NCBI GenBank assembly: GCA_030167865.1
Contig: JALAGF010000236.1
Span: forward strand, 61,508-81,507
Reading direction: 5' to 3'
DNA from: Craspedostauros australis
Lineage: Eukaryota
DNA: 20,000 bases
The position numbers were made by a program, and so were the translations under genes. A model generated the notes under the pieces. That model was not told the DNA's origin. It did not search any database and worked only from the letters and a program-made list of their open reading frames with translations. Below are positions 9,127 to 18,581 of the stretch, piece by piece. Numbering within the stretch: the first letter of the stretch is position 1; each line of letters opens with the position of its first letter.

Positions 9127-10263
9127 ATTCGGCGCCGTTGTGAGCAATGTGTGGGATGAGTGTCAGCCGTGTGCGCCCTCTGACTTGTCTGATTCGAAAC
9201 CAATGATGGCCTTGTTGCGAAGTCCTGTGTGTGGATGTGGATGTGTGGTGGGAGATTCTTGGCTGCGACTCAGCCACTTGTCAGACCAAAGCCGAGGAAC
9301 AACGGCGATGCCTTCCTCTTGTTGGTGGTGCCGAGACGCGCAAATGGATACTGTCGGAGAGTCCAAGGCGGAGCGCGTCGTTTGTGTTCGCCCACCAGCC
9401 AAGGAAGTGGTGGTGCGGAGGCTCGACAAGGAGGGACCGTCAATGCGGACAACTTCGTGTCACCAACAAAGAACACCAAAGGCGGTGATAGTCGCACAAC
9501 AACTCGGAGTCGAATGCGAGGCGCACATCAAATGGTTGCTTGGCGGAGCGGGTGTTTGGATTCCTCGCATTTTCACCGAATTGTTGCTCAGCGCGGAGCA
9601 GCCTCGGCTTGTGCGCAATTCGAATCTCTTGTGTTGCGTGTTTTGTCGTTGTTTGTGTTGGTTCCCACCACCGCCGGCAGCGACACACATGATGCGAAAA
9701 TTTAGGAACGAAATAGCACTTAACCTCCCCTCACAATTTTGTGGTTGTGTCGTCGCCACAGTTGGTGACACAAGGACAAAATTCTTTCTCCGAATTCATC
9801 CAGCGTGACGGCGTCACGTTCCAGAATCTCTCTCTGTTTGAAGTCGGAACAGCGAGATATCTCGAAGGTGAAGTGTCATTTCTCCTCTCCGTGTCCAACC
9901 TTCACCGTCCGTGAACCGGCTGGCTCCCATCATCCAAGAACAAATCAGCAGACGCGCACTCTCTGCTCCACCGTGAGCCACCCACTTCTTCTCTACTATA
10001 CTCTACACTTCGCGTGCGAGCATCACCAGAGAGCACCGTAAATCAAGGTTCTTATCCCACGGTTTGCGCTATTTACACTCTTCTTTGTTGACATGTTGCT
10101 GATTGAAGATGATCGTGGTCCTTTGTCTCACGTGCGAGCAAAGGCAGTGCTCCCATCATTTGAGTTGCCCATCACCCGCCATTCTCTGTGACGCCGGCTC
10201 TGGTCGTGATGGGTGAACGTGATCTTGGACAATTTCATTTGCGCCAATCTGTGGATCACAGCC

Positions 10264-13200
10264 TCACGTACCGTTCTGCGTCATCGTATCTCCTTGACCC
10301 GTTCGTTGTGGCCGTTCACCTGTGGCCTCTCGTTCTGCCGCGGCTGTACCATCCACGGTGGTGGTGTCGACATTGTCAACACAAGCGTTTGGTGCCTTGG
10401 CCTTGGCCTTGGCCCTTGCGTCGCCACCAGCATTGCTTGCACTGCTGCAACAAACAGCGACGATGCGCTGCACCGTCAAAGCGGGATCGTACAGATTCGG
10501 CAACCGCTCCGCATCGAAGCCGGACATCGCCGTGCGCATCTGCGCGCGTGATAGATTGCGGCTCAGCTCTGGCTTGCCACGCACGAAGAGCCGGTGGAAG
10601 TAGGCGCCCTTGTCGATGCCCTTGCGGATACGGTGCCAACCCCAGACGCGCAACGCGTCGCCGAGGTATGCGAACTTCGCGGCCTTGAAGTACCGCGGCA
10701 TGATCACGTTGGCGAACACCTGCTTGTTGGGGATCTGGAAGGCGTAGCCATGGCGGCACCAGGAGATCAGGGATGCGTTGCCTTCCTCGTCGGCGTCCTG
10801 GATCATGCTGCGGATGCTCTCGGGGATCTTGCCGCGCAGTTGTTTCACCTTGTTGTTCGATGTGGATGTGCCGGCGTGATTGGTGGCGGCGGGTGCAGTG
10901 GCATCGCCATTGGCCGCGGTTCCATTCTCAGCTGTCGCTACTCCCATCGCTCCAGCCGCAGCTTCACCAGTGTCGGTAGCAGCACCAGCAGCAGCGTCAG
11001 CAGCAGATGTCCCTTCAGTAGCATTGGCCAACGAAGATGATTCTCTCGTCTTCGCTGCCACGCTCTGCGCCCCTCCTCGTCTGTAGAAATCGGGCACGCC
11101 GCCATCAGGCAGCCATTCTTTCATGGCCGTCATCATCTCGGAACGCGACAACGTCCTGCACAGGTTGATCAGACCATGCACGAAGTACCGGTGATACCAC
11201 GCACCACGGTCACGACCTTCCCGCACCCGTTCGAATCCCCATGCCCGCAACCAACGTTCGAAGTTCACTATCTTGGCCTTGAAGTACTTTGGCATGATCC
11301 GTTCTTCGAACTCCTTCCTCTTGTGGATCTTGAACGCCCGACCATGGATGCACCACGATACGATATGATGGAACCGCTGCCTCTGGGCTTCTTGCAGCAT
11401 CTCGTGGATGCGGACGATGTAGGTGCCTTCGGGATTGGGATTGGTAACCACGAGCTCCCTTGGGGGTCTGGTGGCGAGGCCGGTCTGCTGTCCCATCGCA
11501 GTTGATGCAGCGCCCCTCGTTGCAGTTTCAGTCTGTCCCGTCGTCGTTTTCGCTTGCGGATCTATTGTGACGGCCTCTGCTGCTTGCCTGGCATTGAGAT
11601 TGTGATCATTGTCGTGATGATGGACTTCGCCGTGATTGCGATTCGCCGGATCTGGAGATTGACAGAGTTGATATTTGGCTTTTACTTGCTGCTGTTGCAT
11701 TTGGTTTTGGGTCAGGTCAACGAGCTGGATCTCGCGATGGACCGTATCACCGTATGCGGCTTGCGCGTTGCGACCAGGGACGGTGCTGCTCGTACTACCC
11801 CCAGTCGCGTCCCCAGCGCGCGTACCAGCAGCTGCTGAGCTCGTACCATCCCTTGATAATGAATTGAAGCAGCTACGGACGAAGTTGTTCGCGTGTGCCG
11901 CTGGGGCGTAGAAGTCGGGACATTGCCCTGTTTGCAGGTGACCTTGCATGACGTCCTTCATCTCCTGCCTGGACTTGTTCCGACACAGCACGGGCGCGTT
12001 CCGGACAAAGAGGACGTGGTACAACGCACCCTTGTCCCGGCCTTTCTTGATCTTCTTGAATCCCCACAGACGCAACGTATCGACAAGATGGCCTTTCTTG
12101 CAACTTCTGAAATGCTTCGGCATGAGCTCCTTCTCGAAGCGTTGCCGATCGTGAATCTTGAAGGCGCGTCCGTGCTGCATCCATGAAACGATGCCCGTCT
12201 TGCCTCTCTGTTCGGCATCGTACAGAACTTGCCGCACATCCTCCAATATCTTTCCACGCAGCGCCGCCGCTCTCTTTGACATCACCGCTGCCCCATGTTC
12301 CCCTGTCGTCGCCAAGTTCACATTTGCTTGCGCTTGTGAGGCACCAGCACGTTGCGAACTTCTTCCTGCCATCCCACTGGATTGCTCTCCCCAACTCCCT
12401 CCCCCTTTTCCGCACGTGTACAAATTGGGCGAACACCCCGCCTTGACCCAATTCTCCATCGCCTTGGACATGTCCACCCTGGACAGATTCCTGCACAGCA
12501 ACGTTGCGCCTCGGACGAAGTACCGATGATACCAAGCACCGCGATCTGGTCCTTCCGTGGCACGCGCGAACCCCCAGGCACGCAACCACCGCTGGAAGCT
12601 GTTCATCTTGGCCTTGAAGAATTTGGGCAGGACGGCGTCGACGAACTGCTTCGGTTTGTGGATCTTGAATGCTCGACCGTGCGGCAACCATGATACAATG
12701 TCCTGATGTCCCTGCTGTTCCGTGTCTTCGAGCATGTGGTGTATCCTGAGCACATACGTTGTCTCCGTCGATGCCTGACTGATCTTGCGGGACAACAAGG
12801 TCGCAACCGCAACGTTCTCTGGAGTACCTGCTGTCGTGTTGTCGGTTGTCGGTGTTGGCACTGATATCGGCGTTTCAGTTGCTCTTGGTGCTCTTTTCCT
12901 TGCTGCTGCTGCTGCTGTTGCCTCTTTTGCTCTTGTTGCCGATGCATCCACTCGTGCAGCGATATCTGTCGCCATGCCCTCCGGATATGAAGCATGCTGC
13001 GGAGTTAGCACAGCACCAGCTTCTCCAGTTAAGTTCGAGTTTCCGGCGGTTTGCGATGCGCGATGAGCAGTCGCTGTCACGTTCATCTCAAATGTTGCAT
13101 GCGGCGATTTTGCAGGCACTGTGACATGCGTCGCGAACTGAAAGTCAACGGGTTGATGCTGACTTGGATGCTGACGCTGATTCGAAGCATCCCTCGTCGC

Positions 13201-14244
13201 AGTTCTATCAAGGTGAGCATTGCCACTGTCGTTTGTTTCAAGATGTTGATGCGTGGCGCCTTGTGCATGAGGCGTTGCTCTGCCTGGTCGCGGGAAGTAG
13301 TCTTGGGAAAGGTCCGGCTGGTGTTGCTGGTGATGGTGTTGATGTTGGTGCTGTCGATGATGATGATTCTGGTACTGTTGGTGTTGGTGGTGCTGATGGT
13401 ACTGCTGGTCATGCTGATCATGCTGTTGCCGCTGCCCTAGATAGTGGTCACGGTGACGTGGGTGACCTTGTTGGTGTTGATGCTGGTGCTGATGCTGGTG
13501 TTGAAGTGGATGTGGACGATGCTGTTGGTGCTGATCATGGTGATGAACCTGTTGAACATGGTGATGCTGCGCTGTGCTTACAGCAATAGGTTGAATGGGA
13601 TGATGCATGTTGGGCATTGTTCGCACATGCTGATGTGGATTGGCAGGTGTATCCATGATTGGTTGCATTGCTGCTTCTCCCTCTCGTTCCAAGAATGGTT
13701 CATGATGATGCAACGCAGAGTCCCCTTGCGTGAAAGCATCCATGCTGTTGCCCCCGTCATTGCGCCTCCCGAATCCGCCGTCAAAGTCAGCCGCCATGTC
13801 AGCATCATGATGCATCGCCTCGTCCTCATCGATCCGATCATCGTACAGCCGGTCTCCATCCATTCGCATATCTCCATGTTCTTCCATCCCTGCAGCGGCA
13901 GTGTTGTTTGCAATATCCATCGCATTGACAGCGTCTGCCGGGTGATACGAGAAATCATTCCTTGCGTTCGGACGCAACCGATCAGGTGACGGGATTTGCA
14001 GGAAAGTCGCGTCCAAGTCTGGCAATCCGGTGTGCCCATTCTGTCTCGTTGGCCATTCGATGTCTCCGATTTCATGCTGTTCATGATCTGCCTGCTTATG
14101 TTCCTGTTCCTCCTGGTGTTGTTGCTGTTGTTGGTGCTGTTGATGATGCTGTGGCTGCTGTGGGCATTGGTCCTGATCGTTCTCCTCTTTCAGGAAGGGA
14201 TCAACCCCAAACGAGGGCGCTGCTGGGTTGGCCTCATGGAACAT
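10264..14244 (-). CDS. Transcription-factor-like protein with four HSF-type DNA-binding domains and a His/Gln-rich N-terminal region, about 1326 aa
   Basis: Uninterrupted ORF; first ATG is 14244 (track start 14259 is GTG; in-frame TGA at 14286-14284). Four copies of (I)(V/I)SWxxHG(R/Y)AF(K/Q)I...F...(L/M)PK(Y/F/H)F...WG(F/W)...G.D(R/K)GA..H..FV lie at about 12759-12418, 12261-11908, 11424-11083 and 10839-10489. Confidence 0.93.
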   Translation of the reverse strand: MFHEANPAAPSFGVDPFLKEENDQDQCPQQPQHHQQHQQQQQHQEEQEHKQADHEQHEIGDIEWPTRQNGHTGLPDLDATFLQIPSPDRLRPNARNDFSYHPADAVNAMDIANNTAAAGMEEHGDMRMDGDRLYDDRIDEDEAMHHDADMAADFDGGFGRRNDGGNSMDAFTQGDSALHHHEPFLEREGEAAMQPIMDTPANPHQHVRTMPNMHHPIQPIAVSTAQHHHVQQVHHHDQHQQHRPHPLQHQHQHQHQHQQGHPRHRDHYLGQRQQHDQHDQQYHQHHQHQQYQNHHHRQHQHQHHHQQHQPDLSQDYFPRPGRATPHAQGATHQHLETNDSGNAHLDRTATRDASNQRQHPSQHQPVDFQFATHVTVPAKSPHATFEMNVTATAHRASQTAGNSNLTGEAGAVLTPQHASYPEGMATDIAARVDASATRAKEATAAAAARKRAPRATETPISVPTPTTDNTTAGTPENVAVATLLSRKISQASTETTYVLRIHHMLEDTEQQGHQDIVSWLPHGRAFKIHKPKQFVDAVLPKFFKAKMNSFQRWLRAWGFARATEGPDRGAWYHRYFVRGATLLCRNLSRVDMSKAMENWVKAGCSPNLYTCGKGGGSWGEQSSGMAGRSSQRAGASQAQANVNLATTGEHGAAVMSKRAAALRGKILEDVRQVLYDAEQRGKTGIVSWMQHGRAFKIHDRQRFEKELMPKHFRSCKKGHLVDTLRLWGFKKIKKGRDKGALYHVLFVRNAPVLCRNKSRQEMKDVMQGHLQTGQCPDFYAPAAHANNFVRSCFNSLSRDGTSSAAAGTRAGDATGGSTSSTVPGRNAQAAYGDTVHREIQLVDLTQNQMQQQQVKAKYQLCQSPDPANRNHGEVHHHDNDHNLNARQAAEAVTIDPQAKTTTGQTETATRGAASTAMGQQTGLATRPPRELVVTNPNPEGTYIVRIHEMLQEAQRQRFHHIVSWCIHGRAFKIHKRKEFEERIMPKYFKAKIVNFERWLRAWGFERVREGRDRGAWYHRYFVHGLINLCRTLSRSEMMTAMKEWLPDGGVPDFYRRGGAQSVAAKTRESSSLANATEGTSAADAAAGAATDTGEAAAGAMGVATAENGTAANGDATAPAATNHAGTSTSNNKVKQLRGKIPESIRSMIQDADEEGNASLISWCRHGYAFQIPNKQVFANVIMPRYFKAAKFAYLGDALRVWGWHRIRKGIDKGAYFHRLFVRGKPELSRNLSRAQMRTAMSGFDAERLPNLYDPALTVQRIVAVCCSSASNAGGDARAKAKAKAPNACVDNVDTTTVDGTAAAEREATGERPQRTGQGDTMTQNGT
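13315..13570 (-). repeat. Low-complexity CAN-codon tract encoding poly-His/Gln inside the HSF gene
   Basis: Translates as QHHHVQQVHHHDQHQQHRPHPLQHQHQHQHQHQQGH...HQHQHHHQQHQ. Confidence 0.85.
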
Positions 14245-14699
14245 GCTGCCCAGGAACACAGCCAGTCCGTACGGGTATGACGATCAGAGGCATCGATCAG
14301 ACGATCCAAACTGAACGTCTCCGACCAACAACGACACAACGACTAGCGTGGTATGACCAGAGCAGATTCAGTTCTTTGCGAGCTGGTCTTTCTTGCGTTG
14401 TCCCACTTTGCATGTGGGCATGTATTATACGTTCTTTTCACCGTCCTGTGTTGGTCGCCACAGTGTCAATGATGATGGCGCGGATGTCCCTCTTCGCCCT
14501 TTGGCAGCTCTGTGCTGGTGTGGTGCGAGTATAGTCCACTGATGAGGCAAGTGGCATTGGGTTGTTGACAAATCATGAATACGCGTTGCCGTTGTCTCCA
14601 TTTGTGGTGTTTCTTTTTTTTCGTGCGTGTTGATGTCATGTTCCTCGCAAAGCGCAACGGTCGCGGCCGCGTTGAACCGCAATGCTAGCCTATCTCTCT

Positions 14700-16150
14700 C
14701 TAGAGAGGGAAGGACAGACCAACCAGATGGACTGACTGGGATACACAATGGTCACAGAGGAACAGATCAAGAACAACAACAGGCCAACCCTGGCTGGACG
14801 GTGACAGGATGCACTGCACAGAACACCAGCCTATTCATTGTGAACCGCTCTCCGCGAGTAATATCACAAATATCAGAAATCTACCATGTTACATATATAG
14901 CACACATGACACCATGGTTTGATGATGTTTCCTTGTTGACTTCAGAGATGCCATGCCACATCACTCCACTGTCATGGACTGTCATGGACCGCCCCTCAAG
15001 TCGTCACATCTTCAACCCTCTTGCATCACCCATCGTGGACGTGGTGGGATCAGCTGAGTGGCTTCACTTCCACACCATCCTGCATGCAGTCTGCGTTGGC
15101 ATTGGTTCTCACCACAACCACATTCCACCGCTGTTGCCTCCAGCCACCTCCTGTTCTCTGTCGTTCCACTCACTTCGACGATGTGTGTCGGAAGCCGGTT
15201 CAAGTCAAAGAGTACTTCAACTGGACACCGAATCTCTCGGTCTTCCCACGCCCGCCACGGTGAATACCCACGTCCGCCAGCACCTCCGAAGTGGGGGACT
15301 TGCCGATCGGTATCGCGATGTATGGCACAAGGTGGCTCCCATCAGCTTCTGCTTTTGTTGTGGCCGCGTTTCTGGCTTGGTTCTTGATCACTCCCAGCCT
15401 GGTTTTGTTCTTGGCGTTGCGCTTGTGCTTTTCAAGCACCTGTCGTTGATCTTGCAGCGCAAAGTACATACATACCCTTTAGTTAGGATTCGGGTTTGGT
15501 CAACGCGAATCGGTGGAGGATGCCTTGTGAATCTGCCGGCTTCAAGATAGCCATGTTTTGCAGTTCAAGCAAGGTGTGTGGATTGTAGAGTTGTTACTGT
15601 AACGATGAGTAGAAGAGTGCTTTGTAGCAAATCCTTGTCTGTTTATTATGAGTTAGCTAGTGGTGTTAGTAGGGTGAAGAAACGATGTCACACAGCTTGA
15701 TAGGACCCTGCACTGATGTACTTGGTTCAGTGCTTGAGGGTAGGCGATTATTGCAGTTCCTTGCTCTCCTTACATGTAGACACACTGCAGTGTGGATCAT
15801 GACACTCAATGGTGACAGTCATGAAGCAATGGCTGTGGCTGGAGTTCACTCTTGGATTCCATTGCTTGAGTTGAAGTGAGTTGGATATACGCGTCAGGAC
15901 TACAGCAGTAGTGCAGTAGTCATTGGCATGGAGGGAATTGAGGTATGTTGTAGTGAAAGGATCTGAGGAGCATATAGTTCCCAAGGTGAGATGTGAGTCA
16001 GGTCGGTCATGCCGCTTGAGTCATGATGGACTTGTGAATGGAAGAGAGAAAGAAGGGGAAAAGATTTGGTGGTCGATCAAGTCGGCAGGTTTCGCGCCAA
16101 AACAAGGATTTCTCCCATCGGAAGTGGATACCGTGTCCGGTAATAGTCTG
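14700..16150 (-). pseudogene. CpG-depleted island: probable decayed transposon or pseudogene relic (boundaries approximate)
   Basis: About 7 CpG in 15541-16020 by hand count, versus about 7 in one 60-bp coding line (2041-2100). Minus-strand splice-like signals (GTAAGG at 15773, TACTAAC at 15671-15665) are present with only broken reading frames. Confidence 0.35.
16090..16101. promoter_or_regulatory. Overlapping inverted E2F consensus sites TTTCGCGCCAAA
   Basis: Matches TTTSSCGC on both strands (TTTCGCGC and TTTGGCGC); intergenic. Confidence 0.45.
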
Positions 16151-16631
16151 TCCCTCATTGAATCTCAACTACAATCATCATCACACTCCATACTCATAAA
16201 TCCATCATTGGCACCAAACAAAACACATCACACTCTCACGATACTGACAGTTTCTTTCGCTGTGCCGAAAGTCTGTCGAGTTCTGAGGCGTTCTGTGGTT
16301 CACAGGTTTCCATTTCTTCGTTGTTGGAACTCGGTAGTGTGCAGGTTTTTCATGTGACCGGAGGTGTGGGGGGTGAAACCTGTCTGATGTGTTGTAACCG
16401 ACAATCGACATGCCGAACGACACGAGGTGGAGGAGTATGAGTAGGATCTTGCAGGCACTTTTACCAATACCAATACCAATATCGCTGCCTATTTATCGAA
16501 GACTGTGCTCGTGTGAGGATGGACTCATCATTTCCTTGCATTGAGCTCGCTGGTATGTGTGCATGCTGCAGCTTCCGCTTGTTTCCGTCTCCCGTGCATG
16601 TCCATCCGCACCCGTATCTGTGACGATAGCC

Positions 16632-18581
16632 TCACCCCAGGAACGCACGCAATTCCTGCTTCCAACCTTCAGCGATATCCACCAAACCCTCTCGTGGCAG
16701 AGCCGCCGGGAAAGAGGACAGGACGGCATTGATGCCGTTGTGCGTTGTGCCGATCATGTTGGCGTGAAACGCAGGGCCGAATCCCCGACGGCCTTGTCCG
16801 AACCATACATCCTCGACCTTCCATGCACATTCAGCGTCGTCCTTGATATCATCACCATGCCTGGCATCGAACAGGGAGGTAACGCCGAGATTGCTGATCT
16901 CAATGGAGTCCTGAACGCCATTGGGGCGCGTCGTGGCGAACTTGTTGGAAAACTGGATCCAATCTTCGGAGATGAACTTCATCAAGCCAATGTCCATGAT
17001 CGAGCCCTTCAACGACTTCTTCAGGCTGCTGCTGACCTCCTTGGCCAGCGCAAGCAGAGGTCCCTTGTCCATGCCAGCATCCCCACGGTCGACACCGGCA
17101 CCGACCTGGAGATACAGATTGGGAGCGGTAACGTACACTCCCATGTCGGATGGACGAACCGAGGTTGCTCTGCGTCGACGTTCATCGGCCGAGATCGCGA
17201 TCTTCAAGCGGATCTCGTTGCCGGACTTCTTCGGGATGATGTGCGGGAGCTCCTCTGTGGAGGAGGCACCAGCATCACCCCCTCCTTCTGTTACGAAGTT
17301 GCTGCTGCTATTGACGCTACTCCTTCGAAGGAGGATCGTGGCAACGGCCCTGGCCAAAGTCGATGTGAGGATGCTGTTGGGTGATGCCTTGTACTCTCGA
17401 CATTTGTCCAGGAACTTGGTGGAGTCATCCACAACCTTCACGCGATGCATGCGGCAGGATCGAACAACGTCGCTATCCATCTCGTTAGCCTCTTGGTGTG
17501 ACTGGTTGCCCTTCCAATGTGCCGGCTTGAGATACGAAGCGAGGGATGGAAATCGATCCAACAAGACCGGAACAAGTATATGACTGACTCGGGGGATAGT
17601 GTCGATAAGGTCTTCCATAGGGGCTGGCAAGACGCACTCGGAGTTCCCCGTGCTGCCATCGATGAGGGCCTGGCTGGGTGCATCGCTTTCGCCAGATGAT
17701 GGTGTATTTCTGTAGAAGCGACTGGCGGAGCGCAGAATATCCTTTGCGAGGTGCATGGTACTCACGCCATCGCAGATGAGATGATGAAGCGACAGCACGA
17801 GAGTGAATCTGCTGGATGCTGCATGATCCTTCTCCTTCGTTTTGGCTGCCTCCTCACGAATCAAGGTTGCGCGCCAAAGGTTTTGCGCCGGATCCTCATC
17901 GTGCCATTCTGTCCTTCCTTCTTGCTCCATCACGCTGTGGACCGTTTCGTCGTACGTATTATTATTATTATCATCGCCGCCATTGTTGTGCGTGTGACCG
18001 TTGGTATCGGGGACGATGACTTCACGGATGGCGACAAAGTCGTCAACTGCCGAGGGATCTTGATCGAATGGTGTTGGTCTGGGATCCAGGACCTTCAGAA
18101 ACAAGTCATCGCCCCACAGTGACGCTTCTTCCGTGTTGCTATTTGAATCCGTGGCTTCAGTCGCTGTCGCTGTAGCGGTTCCTTTTTGCGCAATGCTGAC
18201 TGGAACAAGCTCCACTCGGCTGTCAATGGAAGTTGACCCAACACCGTCGCGGTGAACTTTGGTCCGCATCCATGGATGTTGATTGCAAGCATCCAGCAGG
18301 ATGTGCTTGAGGTCCTCGATGGTGGGACCGCCGTGCGATGCTTGGTTGGACGTGGAGAGATCCAAGGCCAGTATGAAGCCGAGGTGCATCCCACTGCGCG
18401 AATGGGCGACGTACCAACGTTCCAGCAGACCAAGCCGACGGCCCACGCAGATGCGATCTCCCTCAGTGGAAGATGAGTATACTGGTGTTCCCAGCTTCTC
18501 GGCCGTGCCAAGTTTGACCTTGCCCAATGCGTAGAGCAGGAAGCCGGACGAAACGAGCACGATTCCGACCAAGGATGCCAT
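16632..18581 (-). CDS. Membrane-anchored CoA-dependent acyltransferase of the condensation-domain superfamily (alcohol acetyltransferase Atf1/PapA5-like), 649 aa
   Basis: N-terminal hydrophobic anchor (SLVGIVLVSSGFLLYALG), RRLGLLERWY, HPWMRTKV, catalytic LHHLICDGVS (HHxxxDG at 17786-17766) and C-terminal IEISNLG. Confidence 0.85.
   Translation of the reverse strand: MASLVGIVLVSSGFLLYALGKVKLGTAEKLGTPVYSSSTEGDRICVGRRLGLLERWYVAHSRSGMHLGFILALDLSTSNQASHGGPTIEDLKHILLDACNQHPWMRTKVHRDGVGSTSIDSRVELVPVSIAQKGTATATATEATDSNSNTEEASLWGDDLFLKVLDPRPTPFDQDPSAVDDFVAIREVIVPDTNGHTHNNGGDDNNNNTYDETVHSVMEQEGRTEWHDEDPAQNLWRATLIREEAAKTKEKDHAASSRFTLVLSLHHLICDGVSTMHLAKDILRSASRFYRNTPSSGESDAPSQALIDGSTGNSECVLPAPMEDLIDTIPRVSHILVPVLLDRFPSLASYLKPAHWKGNQSHQEANEMDSDVVRSCRMHRVKVVDDSTKFLDKCREYKASPNSILTSTLARAVATILLRRSSVNSSSNFVTEGGGDAGASSTEELPHIIPKKSGNEIRLKIAISADERRRRATSVRPSDMGVYVTAPNLYLQVGAGVDRGDAGMDKGPLLALAKEVSSSLKKSLKGSIMDIGLMKFISEDWIQFSNKFATTRPNGVQDSIEISNLGVTSLFDARHGDDIKDDAECAWKVEDVWFGQGRRGFGPAFHANMIGTTHNGINAVLSSFPAALPREGLVDIAEGWKQELRAFLG

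Noticed and set aside
8792-9808. 338-aa plus-strand ORF
   Set aside because: GTG start, partly antisense to the 7837-9105 gene, Cys/Val-rich from TG-rich DNA, no domain motifs
13315-13570. CRISPR-like or satellite array
   Set aside because: The repetitiveness is degenerate His/Gln codon low complexity, with no fixed repeat-spacer structure
14627-15550. 307-aa plus-strand ORF
   Set aside because: No recognisable domain, lacks the G/C-ending codon bias of real genes here, and lies in the CpG-depleted island; not fully excluded without RNA data
14712-16153. GGACAGAC / GTCTGTCC inverted 8-mers near the island edges as possible TIRs
   Set aside because: The match is too short, extends poorly, and has no target-site duplication
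16557-17583. 275-aa and 220-aa plus-strand ORFs
   Set aside because: Antisense shadows of the acyltransferase gene
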